A stretch of DNA of 37,677 bases from Candidatus Caccovivens faecavium (GTDB lineage Bacteria; Bacillota; Clostridia; Christensenellales; UBA1242): NCBI GenBank assembly GCA_018715545.1, contig DVLK01000003.1:1-37677 (forward strand), in the 5' to 3' direction. The translations under genes were made by a program, and so were the position numbers. Shown in pieces: positions 32,216-37,677 of the stretch. Under the pieces are notes generated by a model, which was given only the letters and a program-made list of their open reading frames with translations, made no database searches and was not told the origin of the DNA. Each line of letters opens with the position of its first letter. Positions within the stretch are counted from its first letter, which is position 1.

Positions 32216-32602
32216 ATGACCAAGGAAGAATTAAAATCATTATTTGAGGATTATTGGTATGACAATCAATATTTAAAAGAAAAGTCTAAAGAAATAATGA
32301 CAACAAATAATTACTTAGCTAATACTGATGCCAAAAATTTCTTTGACGATTCTATAAATTATGAAAAGCAACAAATAGCATTGATTTTACATAAAAAACA
32401 ACATATAGAATCCCTTATTCAAACACTCAATCAACCATATAAAACTTTGATGTATTTAAAATACATAACCTTTCTGACATTTGACCAAATTGCTGACAGA
32501 ATGAGCTATTCTACAAAACGTATTTATCAACTACATAATGAAGCTATTAATAAAATACTTGAAGATTTGAATAAAAAAGACCCCAACATTAGCAAAAATT
32601 AG
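32216..32602 (+). CDS. Sigma-70 region-4-like / ArpU-type transcriptional regulator
   Basis: The start is taken at the ATG at 32216 (MTKEELKS), with AAAGGAG 8 nt upstream. The C-terminal HTH reads LTFDQIADRMSYSTKRIYQLHNEAINKIL. Confidence 0.55.
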   Translation: MTKEELKSLFEDYWYDNQYLKEKSKEIMTTNNYLANTDAKNFFDDSINYEKQQIALILHKKQHIESLIQTLNQPYKTLMYLKYITFLTFDQIADRMSYSTKRIYQLHNEAINKILEDLNKKDPNISKN

Positions 32603-32637
32603 CACTAATTAGCAAAAGTTAGACGGCATTAGAATTT
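32588..32637 (+). repeat. Five tandem 10-bp repeats (consensus ATTAGCAAAA)
   Basis: ATTAGCAAAA / ATTAGCACTA / ATTAGCAAAA / GTTAGACGGC / ATTAGAATTT at exact 10-bp phase. They span the regulator's stop codon and abut a TTGAGA -35-like hexamer. Confidence 0.7.
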
Positions 32638-32687
32638 TTGAGAATTAAAATATTTCATGTAATCAATAATTAAAAGGAGAAGAATAC

Positions 32688-35600
32688 ATGAAAAATTTTA
32701 AAATCAATAGCGAACATATTGCAACTGCTGAAGACAAAATAGAAATTTCTATTCCCTCTAACTTGAAAAACATTAAAGTGGTTGAAGCCATACTTAATGT
32801 TTCAGTTAATAGTGTTACATTAGAAAATAGAAATTTCCAAGTTGACTTTGAGTCAATAAAAAATTCAACAACCGACAAATCCTGGACTTATGTTGATTAT
32901 TTAAAAAATGTAAAAAATTTAGATAATTTAAAGATTAACATAAGCGACGAACTCCAAACGGTCATTGATAGTGATGCAACTACTTTAATTCTTCATTTTA
33001 AATGCAATGATGCTCATATTACTTTTGATAATTCTACAAGTGATTTTATAGATATTGATTACATTTCACTTGAAGAATTTCAAAATAATGGAAGCTCTCA
33101 AAATATTAATCTTGAGAAATCAGGAAATGCAACCATTAATCTTGCAACTGGTAAATTAAACATTACTACTCCTCTTATCTCTTCAGATGAAAATGTTTTG
33201 CCAATTTCTATCAATGCAAATTATTATTCAGTTCAAAATGATAAACTTAAAAATATTGGCTTGCCTAATAACTGGAACTTAAATGTAAATCAGTTTTTAA
33301 TAAAAAATGAAAATGATAATGAAAAATTGAGGTTTACATACATAGATGAAAATGGCAAAAACCAAATCATTGAAGAAAAGTACTATTATATAGATGAAAA
33401 TAATAAAAAAATATATGTAAATAGAAATCAAGTTACCGTTGATTTAGATGGAAATCTCCAATATAATGATAAAGAAGTCAAAACTGAACTTGAAGCACCA
33501 TCTGGCATTAAACTAATTTCTTCTATAAAAGACTTCAAAAATTCACATTTAGTAGATTATGAACCAGAAGAACTCTCAAATATCAAGCAACAAATTGAAC
33601 AAACTCAATTACAATACGATAACTATAATCTTTCATATAAAACTAACAACCAACAACTTGCATCATTGATTTTAACAAAGGAATATTTAAATAAACAACT
33701 TACCGCCCAAATAGATAAGTTGGCACAAAATGAAGAATATTTGGATTTACAAAGGAAACTAGAATCAATTAGAATGTGTTATTTCCAAACTACACGTACA
33801 TTTAAAGATTTAGATCCTACTGTGACCAATCCTTCTGTTTTGGAATATGCCCGGGATTATTTTAATAATAATGTACAAGCAAACAATAATGAGCCAATTT
33901 TAAAACAAAATAATATAACACTAGAAATGATAAATGATTTATTCAAATATTATTTTGAGAATATACCTATTTATGTTTCTAACAACAGCACTGATAAAGA
34001 ATTAACTATTCACGATGCACGTGTCTTGGCAAACATATTTTCAAATGAGGCATCTGGAATTTATTCTCTTGGGTTTGATGGAGATGACACTTTCAAAGGC
34101 ACAATAAAATCAGGAGAAGATGATCTAGCTTTACAAAAAGAAATATATAAACAAATTATTAGCGAAGAAACTTTTAAGAGTAATATAAAGAATGAAATTG
34201 AAAATATCATTAATGATGAATTTATTGTAACATTTAACTCTGAAAATTCTTCATTAAACGCCCAAGAAAATGAGAAATCCTATAATTTTGATATTTCAAA
34301 TATTAAAGAATTATTAGGTGAAGGCAAAAATATAAATCTTTCTTCAAAAGATTTAATATCATTAAACAGTCAAATTCAGTCACTAGTTAGCACAAATACT
34401 AGTTATCTTTCATTGATGAAAAAATTAAAAGACGAATTAGATAAGCTTAACCATCAAAAAGAACAATATGAAATGCAAGTTCCAGTTCATTATCTTTATA
34501 ACGAAGATAATATTATTTATGGCTTTGGTAAAACTAGCGATAAAAATACTTTTAGATTAGTTTTAATTACAGATCCATACGAAAACGCGGTATATTTCAC
34601 ATATGAATCGCTAGAATCTAATAGACTAGAAAGCATTATTGATAGCGCTGAAAAATTAATCACTTTCTCATATAAAAATGGACTTTTGTCAACAATCAAG
34701 GATGCTCGTGATAGAGAAGTCAAATTTAACTATGACACAAATAATATGCTCCATTGTATTGTCCATGTTGATAACACAAAATCATATTTTTACTATGAAG
34801 AAGAAAATGAACTAGATTATGCTCGACTAATAGCAGTTTTAAACGAAACAGGACTTGGAACGCTTTTTGAGTATACTGATAATAAAATCACAAAAGCAAC
34901 GGCATTATCTGTTTTAAATGATGTTACAAATGGAAAAGTTACCTATAAAAATATTAAAAGCGAAAACTCTACTGATGCCGTAAATTTAGAAACTCTTATT
35001 TCTTCAACACTCCAAACTTGTGAAGATTATAAGTTAAAAGATGCGATTACCTTTAAATATGAAAATTGTAAATCAACAACTTTAACCAATAGTAAAAACA
35101 AAAGTGTCACATATTTGTTTGACAAAGAAGGAAGAGTTAGAACTATTTACGAAAATGGATTTGATGAAAGCAATGATAATAGTCAAATAAATTTCCATGC
35201 CAAAGATTTTACTTACCAAGACAATAAAATAAGTAAAACAATAAGTCCACTTCCATACTCGCAAAATTACCTAAGTGACGTGGTTTTTAAAGAAGATGCA
35301 AAAACTATTGAATATGGTTTCTATCTTGGAGAAGAAGATTCCGTTTGTTCAGCAACAACAATACCTTATAGTTACGAGGTTAATGCTAAATATTATACGA
35401 TCGCAAGTTCTGACACAACAAAATCAATGATGGTTTCAATGTCTGACGACAAATTAGCAATGTTAAATGATGAAATTTCAAAAAGCAAGACGCAAGAAGA
35501 TATCTGTTCACACCATGCATATGTTGTTTCTGGATGGGCAAAATCAGGAAATGCCTCTTTCACATTGACAGATGAGAAAGACAAAGATGTATATGCTGAT

Positions 35601-37677
35601 TATATTAAAAATCGTAAGTTTGAATTAAGAGTGAAAGTTAAGTATGAAAGTGAGGATGAAAACAAAGAAAATTCTGACACTTTCATAACACCATTTGATT
35701 GGAGAAATACCGAATGGCAATATTGTGCTACTGCTATTTTATTAAGAAATGATACAATTTTAAGCATTGAATGTTCTATTGACTATTCTGAAAACACAGG
35801 CGACCTTATCTTTACCGATTTAGATTTTAAACAAGCAGACTTTGAAATAACCGATTATGACTCATTTAAACGCCCTATTAAGAATTATTCTGCACATAGC
35901 AATTTTATAACAACCTATGACTATGCTGATGACGAAACAACCAACCCATGTAAGCAAACTGTAACAATTAACAAAAACACATATATTACAACATTTGAAT
36001 ATACCAAAGAAGGCAAACTTCTTCGTTCAATCGACTATAATGGAATTGTTAAAGAAAACGTCTATAATGACCAAGGCATTGTTGTAAAAACTATTACCTA
36101 CCATAAAGATGAACCAACAAATAAATTTTATGATGAGAAAAAATTGGATGAAAAAGGGAAAGAAACCGCGTCTATTAACGAACTTGGCGAAGAAACAGCT
36201 TCGTATGAATATATAAACGGAACAGGTATTGTTTCTTCAAGCGTAGACGAAAACGGAGTTAAAACTTCCTATGGCTATTCCCCTGCTGATACTCTCCTTG
36301 AAACCTCAATCACAGCAAACGGAATTGAAAACACGAATACCTACGGCTACAACCTTGATTTTCTCACTTCACTTAAACATAATGACTTTGAAATAGGATA
36401 TGATTACGATGAGCAAGGTAGAACCAAACAAATCAACATTGCCGGCAACAAGTATCTATCAAAAGAATATGGAGAAAATGAAGAAACAACAACACTTAGC
36501 TCAAATGAAGTTTATCGTCAAACTTTCAATGATAGTGGTGACGTTCTTGACATTTACTACAAATCGAACGCAAATGATAGTGAGACTAAACTTGTTGAAA
36601 ATGTTTATGATACATATGGTAATATTACAATCTCAAAGGATTTAATCGAAAATAACACTCATACCTACTATTATGATAAGTTTGGCAATACGGTAAAAGA
36701 AACAAACACACAGCATGGTCAAAATATAACTATTGAAAACGTAATGGATGATGATAGTCATAGCAACATAAAAACATCAACTATAACAATAGGTTCCGAA
36801 ACTCTTGACTATATTTACGATAGAGAGGAAACCCCTGATGCTAAATTATTTGCCATTTCTCTTCCTGGTGGCATAGAACAAACTATTGACTATGATAAAC
36901 TTCAAAGAGTTAAGGAAATTCAAACATTAGATTTTGCTAAACAATTCACTTACTTGAAAAATGGAGATCATACAACAAACCTTATATCTAAACTTTTATT
37001 TGCTATAAAAAACGAAACTAAAGATAATTTAACTTATAAATATGATAAAAAAGGCAATATCACAGAAATTAGAGAAAACAACAAACTTCTCGCACGTTAT
37101 AAGTATGATGCACTTTCAAGAATAATTAGAGAAGATAATTCTTTATTTAATAAAACCTATACTTACTCTTATGATGCTGGTGGAAATATAACTCAAAGAG
37201 ACGAATATGCTTTCACGCTTGTTGAAAATCTTGATTTTGAAACTTCAACAAATTCTTTTAATTACTCATATTCAACTAAAGGCTGGAAAGATCAATTAAA
37301 GGAATATAATGGCGAAAAGTTTGTTTATGACAGTTTAGGTAATCCTACAACCTATCGTGATAAAACTCTCCTTTGGTCACATGGCAGACAACTTGACAAA
37401 TTTTCAGACGTTGCTGAATATAAATATAACGCAAATGGTATAAGAACAAGCAAAACAATAAATGTAAATATGTTGGAATGCAATTGTGGTAAAGAAGATT
37501 GCGATTGCAATGGAACATTCACAACCTCATTCTTCCTAAATGGAAATAAAATAATTAAACAGCATGACTGTTGCAATGATTTGACATTCTATTATGGAGC
37601 TGATGGTGTTACTGGTTTCCACCTTAAAAATAACCTTGTCGATGATGATTTCTATTATAAGAAAAATGCTCAAAACG
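32688..37677 (+). CDS. RHS/YD-repeat polymorphic-toxin-type protein. The 5' end is complete and the 3' end is truncated by the window (at least 1663 codons).
   Basis: Hand translation from the ATG at 32688 (AAAGGAGA RBS at 32673-32680) is open to the last base. Many YD-repeat units are present, for example FSYKNGLLSTIKDARDREVKFNYD, YKYDKKGNITEIRE, YSYDAGGNITQRDEY, YDSLGNPTTYRDK and YKYNANGIRTSK. It is absent from the ORF track, presumably because it has no in-window stop. Confidence 0.85.
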   Translation, partial: MKNFKINSEHIATAEDKIEISIPSNLKNIKVVEAILNVSVNSVTLENRNFQVDFESIKNSTTDKSWTYVDYLKNVKNLDNLKINISDELQTVIDSDATTLILHFKCNDAHITFDNSTSDFIDIDYISLEEFQNNGSSQNINLEKSGNATINLATGKLNITTPLISSDENVLPISINANYYSVQNDKLKNIGLPNNWNLNVNQFLIKNENDNEKLRFTYIDENGKNQIIEEKYYYIDENNKKIYVNRNQVTVDLDGNLQYNDKEVKTELEAPSGIKLISSIKDFKNSHLVDYEPEELSNIKQQIEQTQLQYDNYNLSYKTNNQQLASLILTKEYLNKQLTAQIDKLAQNEEYLDLQRKLESIRMCYFQTTRTFKDLDPTVTNPSVLEYARDYFNNNVQANNNEPILKQNNITLEMINDLFKYYFENIPIYVSNNSTDKELTIHDARVLANIFSNEASGIYSLGFDGDDTFKGTIKSGEDDLALQKEIYKQIISEETFKSNIKNEIENIINDEFIVTFNSENSSLNAQENEKSYNFDISNIKELLGEGKNINLSSKDLISLNSQIQSLVSTNTSYLSLMKKLKDELDKLNHQKEQYEMQVPVHYLYNEDNIIYGFGKTSDKNTFRLVLITDPYENAVYFTYESLESNRLESIIDSAEKLITFSYKNGLLSTIKDARDREVKFNYDTNNMLHCIVHVDNTKSYFYYEEENELDYARLIAVLNETGLGTLFEYTDNKITKATALSVLNDVTNGKVTYKNIKSENSTDAVNLETLISSTLQTCEDYKLKDAITFKYENCKSTTLTNSKNKSVTYLFDKEGRVRTIYENGFDESNDNSQINFHAKDFTYQDNKISKTISPLPYSQNYLSDVVFKEDAKTIEYGFYLGEEDSVCSATTIPYSYEVNAKYYTIASSDTTKSMMVSMSDDKLAMLNDEISKSKTQEDICSHHAYVVSGWAKSGNASFTLTDEKDKDVYADYIKNRKFELRVKVKYESEDENKENSDTFITPFDWRNTEWQYCATAILLRNDTILSIECSIDYSENTGDLIFTDLDFKQADFEITDYDSFKRPIKNYSAHSNFITTYDYADDETTNPCKQTVTINKNTYITTFEYTKEGKLLRSIDYNGIVKENVYNDQGIVVKTITYHKDEPTNKFYDEKKLDEKGKETASINELGEETASYEYINGTGIVSSSVDENGVKTSYGYSPADTLLETSITANGIENTNTYGYNLDFLTSLKHNDFEIGYDYDEQGRTKQINIAGNKYLSKEYGENEETTTLSSNEVYRQTFNDSGDVLDIYYKSNANDSETKLVENVYDTYGNITISKDLIENNTHTYYYDKFGNTVKETNTQHGQNITIENVMDDDSHSNIKTSTITIGSETLDYIYDREETPDAKLFAISLPGGIEQTIDYDKLQRVKEIQTLDFAKQFTYLKNGDHTTNLISKLLFAIKNETKDNLTYKYDKKGNITEIRENNKLLARYKYDALSRIIREDNSLFNKTYTYSYDAGGNITQRDEYAFTLVENLDFETSTNSFNYSYSTKGWKDQLKEYNGEKFVYDSLGNPTTYRDKTLLWSHGRQLDKFSDVAEYKYNANGIRTSKTINVNMLECNCGKEDCDCNGTFTTSFFLNGNKIIKQHDCCNDLTFYYGADGVTGFHLKNNLVDDDFYYKKNAQN

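Noticed and set aside
32588-32637. Tandem repeats here and in 14895-15088 as possible CRISPR arrays.
   Set aside because: The repeat units are only 7-10 bp with no unique spacers of CRISPR length, and no cas genes are present. They fit protein-binding site arrays.
32663-37576. Short ORFs from the track within the RHS region: 32663-32878 (-), 34517-34723 (-), 35082-35264 (-), 35393-35584 (-), 36400-36645 (+) and 37352-37576 (-).
   Set aside because: They overlap a continuous 4990-nt plus-strand reading frame with abundant YD-repeat motifs and a strong RBS. They are antisense or alternative-frame artefacts.

Overview
The window is AT-rich and looks Firmicutes-like, with AAAGGAG-type Shine-Dalgarno sites before almost every gene. 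All homology calls below are by-eye motif recognition, since no database search was possible.

Positions 1 to about 23060 are a temperate siphovirus-type prophage segment, entirely on the minus strand. Reading right to left it contains:
- a LexA/S24-type repressor and a Zn-ribbon protein
- early HTH genes
- an SNF2 helicase, a primase-helicase and a VRR-NUC nuclease
- a sigma-r4-like late regulator, an HNH endonuclease, a cos-like region and a P27-family terS
- about 7 kb of accessory cargo: a C5 DNA methylase, an amidoligase, a GGCT-like protein, MetK, a PIN-like moron and a ParB-N6/N4 methylase
- terL, a HEPN-like moron, then portal, prohead protease, HK97 capsid, connectors and major tail protein

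To the right, at 23097-30735, sits a very AT-rich four-gene operon. It encodes an AddB-like Fe-S nuclease, a UvrD-like helicase, a DndC/PAPS-reductase-like PP-loop enzyme and a cysteine desulfurase. Upstream of it are an XRE/ImmA pair and a further small HTH gene. I flag this operon as the best candidate for an undescribed DNA sulfur-modification or defence system.

At 32216-37677 on the plus strand there is a sigma-r4-like regulator followed by a large RHS/YD-repeat toxin gene. The RHS gene runs off the window, which is why it is missing from the ORF track.

I recognised no rRNA, tRNA, CRISPR array, transposase or integrase.
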